38,678 nucleotides of DNA, taken from NCBI GenBank assembly GCA_035763465.1, contig DASUBC010000137.1, forward strand, positions 1-38,678, read 5' to 3'. The notes beneath the pieces were generated by a model. That model ran no database searches. It was not told the DNA's origin and saw only the letters and a program-made list of their open reading frames with translations. Positions 25,680 to 34,698 of the stretch are shown one piece after another. Source of the DNA: Thermomicrobiales bacterium (GTDB lineage: Bacteria > Chloroflexota > Chloroflexia > Thermomicrobiales > CADCWN01). The stretch's first letter is position 1. Each line of letters begins with the position of its first letter. Position numbers and translations under genes: made by a program.

Positions 25680-28600
25680 ATGTCCCCAGCATTGCAGCAG
25701 CCGACAGTCTGCCCGGTCGTCATTGGGCGGGGCGCGCAGCTAGCCGCGCTTGACACCGTGCTGGATACCGTCGCCGCAGGACACGGACAAACGCTCGCGC
25801 TCACTGGCGAGGCAGGCATCGGCAAGTCGCGGCTCGTCGCCGAGCTACGCACGCGCGCCGCTGCCCGGGACATGCTGGTCTGCGAGGGCCGCTGCTTCGA
25901 GCCCGATCGCGTGGTTCCCTATGCGCCGCTGCGCGATCTCGTGCGCGCCGACCTGGCCCAACAAACGCCTGAGGCGATCACCGCCGCCCTCACCCCCAAC
26001 GCCGCGCAGCTCGCACGACTGCTCCCCGAACTCGCCCGGTTTCTGTCTCCCACCGTTCTCGCCGCTCCGAGCGCACCCGAGCAGGACCGACACCTGCTCG
26101 CCCAGGCTCTCGTCCAGTACATCACGCGGCGCAGCCACGGGCGTCCGGCGCTCGTCATTATCGAAGACCTGCACTGGAGCGACGACGCCAGCCTCGACGC
26201 GCTGCCAGCCTTCGCGCGCGGACTGGCCGCCCAGCCGATCGTCCTCCTGCTCACCTACCGCAGTGACGAGATCACCCCGAACCTGCGCCACGCGCTCGCG
26301 CTCCTCGACCGGGAGCGCCGGCTCGCCGAGATGACGCTGCCGTGCCTCGCGCCCGCCGAAGTTGATGCGCTGCTCCGGGCGATCTTCGAGCAGCCACAGC
26401 CGATCCGCGCCGGCTTCCTGCAAGCAATCTGCGACCTCACCGATGGCAATCCCTTCTTCATCGAGGAGGTCATTCGCTCGCTGATCGCCGGGGGAGACAT
26501 CTTCCGCAGCGGCCAGCGCTGGGAACGGCGCGACCTGGCGCAGCTGCAAATCCCGCGCAGCGTCCAGGATGCGGTGCTGCGGCGCATCGCTCGCCTCAGC
26601 GCGGAAGAGACACACCTGCTGCATCTGGCCGCAGTCGCGGGGCGGCGTTTCGATTTCGCGGTGCTGCAAGCGCTCACGGGCGCCGAGGAAGCGCGCCTGA
26701 TTGCGCTCGTGCAACCCCTGATCGCCGCGCAGCTCGTCGTCGAGGAGTCTGCGGACCACTTCGCCTTCCGCCATGCGCTCACGCGACAGGCGATCTACAC
26801 GGCGCTGCTCACCCGCGAACGCCGACTCCTCCACCGCGCCATCGGCGAGGCGCTGGAGCAGCTCCACGCGACCAGGGCTGAGGAGGTGCTCGCCGATCTC
26901 TCCGACCATTTCGCGGCGGGCGAGGACTGGGTCAAAGCGCTGGAGTATGGGGGGCGTGCGGGCGAGCAGGCGCTGGCGCTCTCCGCGCCCCGCGCCGCCA
27001 CCGAGCACTTCACCAGGGCGCTCGACGCGGCGCGCCACCTGGCGATCGCCCCGCCCTGGCGCCTGCACCGCCAGCGCGGCCAGGCGCTCGGTCTGCTGGG
27101 CGAATTCGCGGCTGCCCTGGCAGATCACCAGGCCGCGCTGGCGGCGGCGCGGTCCAACGACGAGCGCCGCGCCGAATGGCAGTCGCTCCTCGATCTCGGC
27201 GGACTCTGGGCAGGGTACGATTACGCGCGCGCGGGCGAATACCTCCAGCAAGCCCTGGCGCTGGCGCGCGAGATCGACGACCCGAAGTTGCTCGCCGAGA
27301 GCCTGGCCGAGGTAGGCGGTTGGCGCCTCAACACCGAGCAGGTCGATCAGGCCGAACGCTCCCTCCAGGACGCGCTCACGATCTTCGAGCGCAGCGGCGA
27401 TCGTTCTGGTGTCGCGCGGGCGACCGATCTTCTCGGCACGGTCAGCGACATCGCGGGCGACATTCCTCAGATGCGGCGGCGGTATGAGCGCGCCGCCGCG
27501 CTGTATCGCGACCTTGGCGATCAGCAGGGGCTTTCCTCGACCCTGGCCACGATGCTGCTCCAGGGCGGCGGCTTTGTTTTCGACACCGTCGTCGTTGCGC
27601 CCGGTGTCGCCCCGGACGCGGTCGTGGCGGAAGCAACCGAGGCGCTCGCGCTGGCGCGCGACATCGGCTGGCGCGCGGGCGAGGCGTATGCCCTGCTCGA
27701 ACTGGCCGTCTGGTACACCCATCGCGGCCAGTACGGCAGCGCGCTCGACCACGCCCGCGAAGGCTTAGCAATTGCCACGGAGATCGAACATGGTGAGTGG
27801 ATGACCGCTGGCGAAAGCACCCACGGTGTCATCTTCGCCGGACTCCTCGCTCAGGCTGCGGCAGACGATCACCTCAGCCAGGCACACGCGCTGGCGCGTG
27901 CGAGTGGCTCGCAGCACTTCGTCGCGCTCGCCGCCGCCCTCTGGGCCGAACTTCGTGCAGAGCAGGGCAACCACGCCGGGGCGGGGGCGCTGCTGGCGTC
28001 ATTCGCGTCCGACTTGCCGATGCGCACGCTCGGGCAGCGGCGCGTCTGGGCTGCGCGGGCCGCGCTCGCGCTCGCGCAAGGTGATTCCGACAGCGCACTC
28101 GCCATCCTCGACCAGTTGTTCTCGCGGGCCATCAACCTGACGAGCGAGGGGGATATCCCGCTGCTGGCACTCTTGCGCGGCCGGGCGCTCGCCGCGCTCG
28201 ACCGGCACGACGAAGCGGAGGCGGCCTTGCGCGCGGCGATCCGGGGGGCCGATGCGCGCGGACATCGGCCCCTGGTATGGCGCAGCCACGCAGCGCTAGG
28301 CCGCTGCTACGCCGCGTGGGCGAGGCAGGAGGCGGCGCGGAAGGAATATCGTCTGGCGTGGGAGATCGTGGAGGAGCTTGCGGCCACGCTTCCAGATGGA
28401 CCGCTGCGCGCGGGATTCCTGGCGCAGGTTGCTCAAGGCGTGCCTCGCGAAGCGTCCCGCGCAAACCGGCGGCACGCCGCCACGCTGACCGCGCGCGAAC
28501 AGGACGTCGCCGCGCTCGTGGCGCGCGGCCACTCCAACCGTGAGATCGCCGCCACCCTCTCGATCGGCGAGCGCACAGTTGAGACGCATGTCAGCAATAT

Positions 28601-28682
28601 CCTCGGCAAACTGGCCGTCACGTCGCGCACGCAGGTTGCCGACTGGGTGCAGAAGGCCACACCGGGCCACCGGGAGGTCTGA
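25680..28682 (+). CDS. large ATP-binding LuxR-family regulator (LAL/MalT-like: AAA ATPase + TPR-like repeats + C-terminal LuxR HTH)
   Basis: P-loop LTGEAGIGKSRLV and Walker B LVIIEDLHWSD. A long helical-repeat region follows. The C-terminal LTAREQDVAALVARGHSNREIAATLSIGERTVETHVSNILGKL is a LuxR-type HTH. Confidence 0.9.
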   Translation: MSPALQQPTVCPVVIGRGAQLAALDTVLDTVAAGHGQTLALTGEAGIGKSRLVAELRTRAAARDMLVCEGRCFEPDRVVPYAPLRDLVRADLAQQTPEAITAALTPNAAQLARLLPELARFLSPTVLAAPSAPEQDRHLLAQALVQYITRRSHGRPALVIIEDLHWSDDASLDALPAFARGLAAQPIVLLLTYRSDEITPNLRHALALLDRERRLAEMTLPCLAPAEVDALLRAIFEQPQPIRAGFLQAICDLTDGNPFFIEEVIRSLIAGGDIFRSGQRWERRDLAQLQIPRSVQDAVLRRIARLSAEETHLLHLAAVAGRRFDFAVLQALTGAEEARLIALVQPLIAAQLVVEESADHFAFRHALTRQAIYTALLTRERRLLHRAIGEALEQLHATRAEEVLADLSDHFAAGEDWVKALEYGGRAGEQALALSAPRAATEHFTRALDAARHLAIAPPWRLHRQRGQALGLLGEFAAALADHQAALAAARSNDERRAEWQSLLDLGGLWAGYDYARAGEYLQQALALAREIDDPKLLAESLAEVGGWRLNTEQVDQAERSLQDALTIFERSGDRSGVARATDLLGTVSDIAGDIPQMRRRYERAAALYRDLGDQQGLSSTLATMLLQGGGFVFDTVVVAPGVAPDAVVAEATEALALARDIGWRAGEAYALLELAVWYTHRGQYGSALDHAREGLAIATEIEHGEWMTAGESTHGVIFAGLLAQAAADDHLSQAHALARASGSQHFVALAAALWAELRAEQGNHAGAGALLASFASDLPMRTLGQRRVWAARAALALAQGDSDSALAILDQLFSRAINLTSEGDIPLLALLRGRALAALDRHDEAEAALRAAIRGADARGHRPLVWRSHAALGRCYAAWARQEAARKEYRLAWEIVEELAATLPDGPLRAGFLAQVAQGVPREASRANRRHAATLTAREQDVAALVARGHSNREIAATLSIGERTVETHVSNILGKLAVTSRTQVADWVQKATPGHREV

Positions 28683-28723
28683 GTGCGGATCGCTCGCGAC
28701 GAGCGGTCCGTATCGTCCCGCCA

Positions 28724-28759
28724 CAATTTCCGTACACGTTCCCCGCAAATTCCGTACAC
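28724..28759 (+). promoter_or_regulatory. 14-nt direct repeat pair with 22-nt phasing upstream of the oxidase operon (candidate operator)
   Basis: CAATTTCCGTACAC (28724-28737) and CAAATTCCGTACAC (28746-28759) are 13/14 identical. GAGGAT (28766-28771) lies 6 nt downstream and ATG 28851 lies 92 nt downstream. Confidence 0.4.
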
Positions 28760-28850
28760 ATCCACGAGGATCGCACGCGTGCTGACCGCTAGGATTGTGA
28801 GGTCGGCAGGTTTGCACTCACCTGAGCGAAGTAGCGGAAGGAGCGTGACG

Positions 28851-30266
28851 ATGCCTCTTGATGGCAATGGCAACAACGAGCTGCCCGTACCGGGCGAAGA
28901 GGTAATCGCCGGATTTGCGGCGAGTTTGCGCGGGACGCTGATCCGGCCCGGCGATGCGGAGTACGACACCGAACGTGCGATTCAGAACGGGATGATCGAC
29001 CGCCGCCCGGCATTGGTCGCTCGCTGCTGCGGGGCGGCCGATGTCATCGCAGCGGTCAACTTCGCGCGCGAGCACAAGCTCGTCCTCTCGGTGAAGGCCG
29101 GCGGGCACAACGTTGCCGGCAATGCGGTGAACGACGGCGGGCTTGTGATCGACCTCTCCCAGCTGCGCGGCATCCACATTGACCCGCAAGCGCGCATCGC
29201 CCGTGTACAGGGCGGCGCGACCTGGGCCGACTTCGACCGCGAAGCCCAGGTCTTCGGGCTTGCCACCCCAGGCGGGGTCGTCTCGACGACCGGCGTGGCC
29301 GGGCTGACCCTGCACGGCGGTATGGGCCACCTACGCAGCAAGCACGGCCTGAGCCTCGACAACCTCCTGGCGGTTGACATCGTCACCGCCGACGGCCAGC
29401 TTCGCCACGCCAGCGCCGAGGAGCACCCCGACCTCTTCTGGGCGGTGCGCGGCGCGGGCAGCAACTTTGGTGTCGTCACCTCGTTCACCTTCCGGCTGCA
29501 CCCCGTCGGCCCGACCGTGATGCTCTGCGCCGCTATGTACAACCTGGCGGATGCCCCCACCGTACTCCCGCAATGGCGCGACTTCATCGCCACCGCCCCC
29601 GACGAGTTCTCGCCGCTGGCCGTCTTCTGGAGCGTCCCCGAAGGCTTCCCGCCAGAACTGGTCGGCAAGCCGATCGTCATCATCGCCGGGGTCTACGCCG
29701 GCCCGGTCGAGGAAGGCGAGCGGCTGGTCCGCCCGTTGCGTGAACTGGCCACGCCCCTGCTCGATCTGAGCGGACCGATGCCCTTCACGGCGGTCCAGAG
29801 CGCGTTCGATCCCTTTTTCCCGAAGGGACTGCGGCAATACTGGAAGTCGACCTACGTCAACACGCTCAGCGACGATCTGATCCTGGCGCTCTGCACGCTC
29901 GCCGCCGAGCGCCCCTCGCCGCGCACGACGATGGATATCTGGCCGCAATTGGGCGCGGTGACCCGCGTGGGCGCGACCGAGACCGCGTTCGGCCGCCGGC
30001 CGCCACTCATGGTCGCCTTCGAGTCAACCTGGACTGATCCCGCCGAGGACGAGGCGAACATCGCCTGGGCACGCCGGGCCTGGGCCTCGATGCGGCGCTT
30101 CGCCTCTGAGGGCATCTACCTAAATTTCCCCGGCTTCGGCGAGGAAAAGGAGGAGCTGGTCCGCGCGGCCTACGGCCCGAACTTCGCGCGACTCCAGGCG
30201 GTGAAGGCGGAGTACGACCCGACCAACCTCTTCCGGATGAATTTCAACATCCCGCCTTCCGCCTGA
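28851..30266 (+). CDS. FAD-linked oxidase of the VAO/BBE-like family
   Basis: ATG 28851 follows GGAAGGAG. FAD_binding_4-type region: PALVARCCGAADVIAAVNFAREHKLVLSVKAGGHNVAG..GLVIDLS. C-terminal BBE-type motif: YDPTNLFRMNFNIPP. The track start at 28683 is an unsupported extension. Confidence 0.9.
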   Translation: MPLDGNGNNELPVPGEEVIAGFAASLRGTLIRPGDAEYDTERAIQNGMIDRRPALVARCCGAADVIAAVNFAREHKLVLSVKAGGHNVAGNAVNDGGLVIDLSQLRGIHIDPQARIARVQGGATWADFDREAQVFGLATPGGVVSTTGVAGLTLHGGMGHLRSKHGLSLDNLLAVDIVTADGQLRHASAEEHPDLFWAVRGAGSNFGVVTSFTFRLHPVGPTVMLCAAMYNLADAPTVLPQWRDFIATAPDEFSPLAVFWSVPEGFPPELVGKPIVIIAGVYAGPVEEGERLVRPLRELATPLLDLSGPMPFTAVQSAFDPFFPKGLRQYWKSTYVNTLSDDLILALCTLAAERPSPRTTMDIWPQLGAVTRVGATETAFGRRPPLMVAFESTWTDPAEDEANIAWARRAWASMRRFASEGIYLNFPGFGEEKEELVRAAYGPNFARLQAVKAEYDPTNLFRMNFNIPPSA

Positions 30267-30304
30267 GCGTTCGTCACCCTGGCGTGCAACGAAGGAGGCA
30301 GAGT

Positions 30305-30613
30305 ATGTTCGGCACAGTGGCACGGATGACCGTACAGCCCGGCAAGGAGACCGAGTTCCTGTCGGTCGGCGAGGAGTGGACGCGGGTGCGAGGCGAAGGC
30401 ACGGGCCAGGTCGCGGAGTACGTCTTCCGCATTGAGGGGCAGGAGCGCCAATATCTGGTGATCGGTATCTTCCGCGACCAGGAGACCTACCGTCAGAATG
30501 CGCGCGATCCCGAGACCGATCGCTGGTACCGCAAACTACGGGCCACCCTCACCACCGACCCGGAATGGAACGATGGCGAAATCGTGCAATCGATGCTCCT
30601 GATGGGCATCTGA
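30305..30613 (+). CDS. small ABM-like (dimeric alpha/beta barrel) protein
   Basis: ATG 30305 follows GAAGGAGG. It is 102 aa with the pattern ARMTVQPGKETEFL...YLVIGIFRDQETY.. typical of ABM-fold monooxygenase-like proteins. The assignment is by eye only. Confidence 0.55.
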   Translation: MFGTVARMTVQPGKETEFLSVGEEWTRVRGEGTGQVAEYVFRIEGQERQYLVIGIFRDQETYRQNARDPETDRWYRKLRATLTTDPEWNDGEIVQSMLLMGI

Positions 30614-30716
30614 CCCGCACCATGCTGCCCTGTGCATGGCGTCGCCCGATCGCTATAGGCAGGGCAGCGCGAATAGCGCCACAGTATGCACGCGGCGGAG
30701 CTATGGAGGAGGAGAG

Positions 30717-31715
30717 ATGGCTATCCCCTGGACACCCGCGCCCTGGGTTGTAGCGCACCGCGACCGTGTCGGCTTCGCGCTCCAGGTCTTCCCACTGGAG
30801 ACACGGGAGCAGCCGGGGCCACAGCTGGTGGCCGCTGGCCGCCTGGCCGAGACGCTCGGCTTCGATGCTTTCTTCGTAGGCGATCACCCGGCCTGGGGTC
30901 CGGACCCCTGGATCCACCTGGCGGCGCTGGCGACGGCGACGACGCGCATCCGCCTCGGCACCAACGTCCTCGGCATCCACTATCGCCACCCGCTCCTGAC
31001 TGCGCGGCTGGCGGCCGACCTGGACAATCTCAGTGGCGGTCGGCTCATCCTCGGGGTCGGCTGTGGCTGGGATGCCGGCGAATACGCCGCCTTCGGTCTC
31101 CCCTTCTCGCCGACACCGGAGCGCCAGGCGGCGCTAGAGGAGGCGCTCGTCATTATCCGGGGCGCATGGGGCGACGCGCCGTTCTCCTTCTGCGGGCAGC
31201 ATTTCAGTGTCGCGGACGCGCGCATCAGTCCACTGCCAATCCAGCGCCCAGGGCCGCCACTGCTGATCGGCGGCGGGGGCGAGCGCGTGACCCTGCGGCA
31301 GGTGGCGCAGTACGCCGACGCGTGTAGTGTGAGCAGTTTCGGCCTGGTGAGCGGCGCGGCGACCGCCGACGGTATCCAGCGGAAGCTTGCCGCCTTGCGC
31401 CGCCGTTGTCAGGAGCAAGGGCGGGACGAAGCCGCAGTCCTCCGGACACACTTCACCGGCTGGCTACTGCTGGCGGAGGACGAGGCGCAGCTGGCCACCA
31501 AGGTGGCCCGTTATTTCCCGGAGGGAATCGCGCGGCGTTTCGCCGGACCCTGGACTGGCTTCGCGCTCGCCGCCACACCGGAGCGCGCGGTCGCCCACTA
31601 TCGCGCGCTCGTGGATGCCGGGGTACAGTATTTCATTGTCGAGACGCTTGATGCCAACGACGAGGAGACGATGCGCCTGCTGGCCGAGCGGGTCATGCCG
31701 CACGTCCAAGCATAA
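30717..31715 (+). CDS. luciferase-like (LLM) flavin/F420-dependent oxidoreductase
   Basis: ATG 30717 follows GGAGGAGGAGAG. Family-typical motifs: LAETLGFDAFFVGDH, TTRIRLGTNVLGIHYRHPLLTARLAADLDNLSGGRLILGVGCGW. Confidence 0.85.
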   Translation: MAIPWTPAPWVVAHRDRVGFALQVFPLETREQPGPQLVAAGRLAETLGFDAFFVGDHPAWGPDPWIHLAALATATTRIRLGTNVLGIHYRHPLLTARLAADLDNLSGGRLILGVGCGWDAGEYAAFGLPFSPTPERQAALEEALVIIRGAWGDAPFSFCGQHFSVADARISPLPIQRPGPPLLIGGGGERVTLRQVAQYADACSVSSFGLVSGAATADGIQRKLAALRRRCQEQGRDEAAVLRTHFTGWLLLAEDEAQLATKVARYFPEGIARRFAGPWTGFALAATPERAVAHYRALVDAGVQYFIVETLDANDEETMRLLAERVMPHVQA

Positions 31716-31829
31716 CAGCCAACGCTCCTGTCACCTGCCTTCGTCCTACCTGCCTGCACTGCGGCTACGCCACCGCCACGCGCAAAGCCCGGCGGGTGTC
31801 TCGCCGGGCGCTCCAGGCTGCCAAAATCC

Positions 31830-31856
31830 GGGGGCGGGGCCACCGGCCCCGCCCCC
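31830..31856 (-). terminator. GC hairpin terminator candidate for the PKD-protein gene
   Basis: GGGGGCGGGGCC-acc-GGCCCCGCCCCC is a 12-bp perfect stem 22 nt after the minus-strand stop, followed on the minus strand by GGATTTTGG. It sits between convergent genes. Confidence 0.5.
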
Positions 31857-31877
31857 AAGAGTATCTCGGCCTATTGG

Positions 31878-34421
31878 CTACTTGTGGATGACGATGCTGC
31901 CCCCGCCGAGGGCTTGCGGGTTTGCAGTGTCAATGTCGTCTGATCCGCCGTAGTTGTTGTCGTAGACCACGGTGTTGCTGGCGGTGTCCCAGATCTTGAT
32001 GCGGAACTTGTCTACCCCGCCACCACCCTGCTGGTCGCCGTCGGTGGCCGTCAGCAGGAAGCCGTAGCCACTCACGCCGTTGACGGAGCCGGTGCCCTTG
32101 TACTGCGCCTTCGCACCCGAGATGACGAGCCACTGGTAGGCGTCGGAGTGGAAGGCGAAGGTACCCGCCTGGAACTGGAACTCGGTCTGGCCGGTTGGGA
32201 CGGTCGCCCCCTTCTGGTACTTCGAAACGAAGCCGAAGGTCGCCTTGCCGGTCAGGGTGGGATCGGCCTGGTAGGCTCCGGCCGGCGAGTTGATCCAGCC
32301 GCCGCCGGTCACGAAGCCGGCGCTCGGGTCATAGACGATGATCATCACCGACTGCGTATCCGACCCGGTGTCATCGTCGGTCGCCGTCACCTGGATCGTG
32401 TAGACGCCGGCGGTGGTGAAGGTGTGGCTTGTGGGGCATGACGCCGGAGTCGTCTCGGGCAGCGACCCGTCATCCCACACGACCCGGCAGGTCTCTGTGT
32501 CCTCGACCCCCGCGTCGGTAATCGTGGTCGCCAGGGAGACAGTGGTATTCACCGGGTAGAGCGTCCCTGCGGCCGGGCCGGTGATCGTCAGCGACGGAGG
32601 CAGGTTGTTCACGGTCACGGTGGTGTCCCCCATCCCTGAGCCACCATCCTTATCCGTGATGGTCACCACGATCGTGTTGGCATCCGCCGGGGTATTCGTC
32701 GGGTTGTCGTCGCGGTACTGGTGGCCCAGGGTGAAGCTCGTCGCCCCGGCTGCCAGCGGCACGCTGTCAGGGGTGGTCCCATCGCCCCAGCTGACGGTGA
32801 GGGTGAAGGAATCCGCCGTGCCGGGGTCGCTGAAGGTCCCCATCAGGGTGATGCTGTCACCCTCATTGATCGTCGCCGCGCTCGCCTGCACGCTGGTCAC
32901 GACGGGATCGACGTTGTTGACGTGAACCACGGTGGCATACTCAGTGAAGCCGCCGTCCTTGTCAATGATGCGGGCCGCGACGGTGTGGTCGCTCGGTCCG
33001 TCCGGATAGCCGCAGGTCGTCGTTGCGGCGTTGCCCGCCGTACTCGCGTAGGTCGCCCCGCCAAGGTAGGTTCCGTCGCCGAGCAGGGTCGCCTCGCAGG
33101 TGAAGGCGTAGTGCAGGCCGGCCGCCACGTCGTCGGGCGAGGGGTCCGAGGCGTTCGCGAGCGCGAGCTGGCTCGTGCTGCCCTCCGCGACCGGAGAGGA
33201 GGCGCTGAAGGTAGCGGTCGGCGCGACATTCAGGACCGACACGGTCAGCAGGTACTCGGTGAAGCCGCCGTCCTTGTCAATGATGCGCGCACGCAGCGTG
33301 TGCCCGCTCGGGCCGTCAGGGTAGGTGCAGGTCGTCGCGGCGGTGGCGCCGCTTCCGGCGTAGGTCGCGCCGTCGAGCGTGCCGTCGCAGGCGAAGGCGT
33401 AGTGGAACCCGGCCGCCGCGTCGGCGGGCGAGGGGTCGGTAGGATTGCTCAGGCTGAAGGCGAGCGTCTGGGCCTCATCAATAGAGACCGGCCCATTATT
33501 GGAGACGCTGGCCTGCGGCGCGACGTTGTCGATGAACACGGTCGCGCTCACCGGCGCCCCGCAGGCGCCGTAGCCGTCGCACACTTGCAAGCGGACGATC
33601 TGGCTGCTCGGACCATCCAGGCCGACGGCCGAGAACGTCGGCGTCTGGCCCGGCGTCTCGAAGGTGCCGTTGTTGTCGAGATCCCAGGCGTAGCTCAGCC
33701 CGGTGCCCGGTTCAGGGTCGGTCGCTGTGCCCTGGAGTACCAGAGTGGCGCCCTCGTTGACGTGGTAAGGGCCGTGCGCGTCGGCGACGGGCGCGTCGTT
33801 GGCCCGCACGCTGACGGCGTCGAGATACGTGCCAAGCGAATTCGAAATCCCGCGGTCACGGAAATCGAGGCGCGTCGTGGCGCCGGTTGCGACGAGCGCA
33901 AAGTTGTAGGTTTTCCACGCGGTCTGCGCCCCGCCAGCCCCGCCCTCGATGATCCCCAGGCTGGTCCCGCCCCAGAGAACTTCGAGCCGGTTGTCGGTCG
34001 CCGCCGTCCCCGGCCGGGGGGAAAAGGCGAATTGCAGGAAATAGGTGGCGCCTGCCACGGTCGCCAGGTTTTGGTAGATGCCGCTCGAAGCGTTTGAGTC
34101 CAGTTCCACGAACTGATTGCCCTCGAACGGGGCGCCGGCGGCGTGGTTCTGCACTTCAATTGCGGTGCCCGCAGACAAGGCCCAGCCAGGGATCGTGGTG
34201 AGTTGCTGGAAGTTGCCATTGCGTATCGCCGGCTGTTCAAAGCCGCCATTGACGACGATATCAGGGCCGGCGGCAGCGATAGTGGTGGGGTGGGTGAGGC
34301 CAATCAGGGAGAGGATCAACGCTATGAGGAGCAGGCCACGGAGTGCCCTGCCCGGCTGTGCCGCACGTCCTCGCACAATATCCTTCGCCGTGTGAACCGA
34401 CGCTACCAGATGTTTGTCCAC
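31878..34421 (-). CDS. secreted 847-aa PKD-repeat surface protein with an N-terminal jelly-roll (DUF642-like) domain and a conserved C-terminal beta-rich domain
   Basis: - GTG 34421 lies 7 nt after AAGGAG; signal/anchor LLLIALILSLIGL.
- N-terminal domain: IVVNGGFEQP..IPGW..IEV..FVELD..GATYFLQFAFSPRPG.
- PKD-type units: YAWDLDNNGTFE, WGDGT, ITDKDGG.
- C-terminal GGGWINSP..ATFGFVSKY..DKFRIKIWD module. Confidence 0.9.
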   Translation of the reverse strand: MDKHLVASVHTAKDIVRGRAAQPGRALRGLLLIALILSLIGLTHPTTIAAAGPDIVVNGGFEQPAIRNGNFQQLTTIPGWALSAGTAIEVQNHAAGAPFEGNQFVELDSNASSGIYQNLATVAGATYFLQFAFSPRPGTAATDNRLEVLWGGTSLGIIEGGAGGAQTAWKTYNFALVATGATTRLDFRDRGISNSLGTYLDAVSVRANDAPVADAHGPYHVNEGATLVLQGTATDPEPGTGLSYAWDLDNNGTFETPGQTPTFSAVGLDGPSSQIVRLQVCDGYGACGAPVSATVFIDNVAPQASVSNNGPVSIDEAQTLAFSLSNPTDPSPADAAAGFHYAFACDGTLDGATYAGSGATAATTCTYPDGPSGHTLRARIIDKDGGFTEYLLTVSVLNVAPTATFSASSPVAEGSTSQLALANASDPSPDDVAAGLHYAFTCEATLLGDGTYLGGATYASTAGNAATTTCGYPDGPSDHTVAARIIDKDGGFTEYATVVHVNNVDPVVTSVQASAATINEGDSITLMGTFSDPGTADSFTLTVSWGDGTTPDSVPLAAGATSFTLGHQYRDDNPTNTPADANTIVVTITDKDGGSGMGDTTVTVNNLPPSLTITGPAAGTLYPVNTTVSLATTITDAGVEDTETCRVVWDDGSLPETTPASCPTSHTFTTAGVYTIQVTATDDDTGSDTQSVMIIVYDPSAGFVTGGGWINSPAGAYQADPTLTGKATFGFVSKYQKGATVPTGQTEFQFQAGTFAFHSDAYQWLVISGAKAQYKGTGSVNGVSGYGFLLTATDGDQQGGGGVDKFRIKIWDTASNTVVYDNNYGGSDDIDTANPQALGGGSIVIHK
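32916..33528 (-). repeat. two tandem ~300-315-nt coding repeats inside the PKD-protein gene
   Basis: Protein units NVAPQASVS...YPDGPSGHTLRARIIDKDGGFTEYLLTVSVL and NVAPTATFS...YPDGPSDHTVAARIIDKDGGFTEYATVVHVN. The DNA similarity is visible, for example ccgtccttgtcaatgatgcg at ~32950 and ~33268. Confidence 0.75.
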
Positions 34422-34698
34422 GCGTCACTCCTTTAGTCGCCCCCGCTGAGGGCCGATGGCGTCACAATATGGGCGTGACAGCTGACAGTCGCTCTCCTGT
34501 CATCGTGTGGCTATGCCATCCCGAGCCAGCTCCCGGCACTCGTATGGCTAGAGCGCGCGAAAATCTGGCCGCGCGAGGTCTGCACACCCTACAGGTTTCC
34601 AGGTTTCGCCCAGGGAGGCGCGCGCGTCGCCATGCCGGTGATCCTTTCGCTCGTCGTGGCGCCGCGCGGCGCCCACCGTGCCACCAGTGCGTGGCGTG

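Noticed and set aside
25243-25692. 149-aa minus-strand ORF in the large intergenic gap
   Set aside because: Third-position composition is mixed, unlike neighbouring genes, and the residue content is Cys/Arg-rich. It overlaps the LuxR start codon and has no motif. I treat the region as non-coding pending data.
25845-27752. 635-aa minus-strand ORF (and other shorter ORFs) antisense to the LuxR/LAL gene
   Set aside because: It is a codon-phased shadow frame of a well-supported plus-strand gene. The composition is Arg/Gly/Ala/Pro-rich with no motifs. Such open antisense frames are expected in GC-rich DNA.
28683-28850. Upstream extension of the FAD oxidase ORF starting at GTG 28683
   Set aside because: It begins directly at the LuxR stop, has non-coding-like content and includes the direct repeats. 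ATG 28851 has a GGAAGGAG RBS, and the FAD-binding domain starts shortly after it.
32721-34097. 458-aa plus-strand ORF inside the PKD-protein gene
   Set aside because: It is an antisense shadow of the PKD-repeat gene. The low-complexity Arg/Gly/Val sequence mirrors the repeats.
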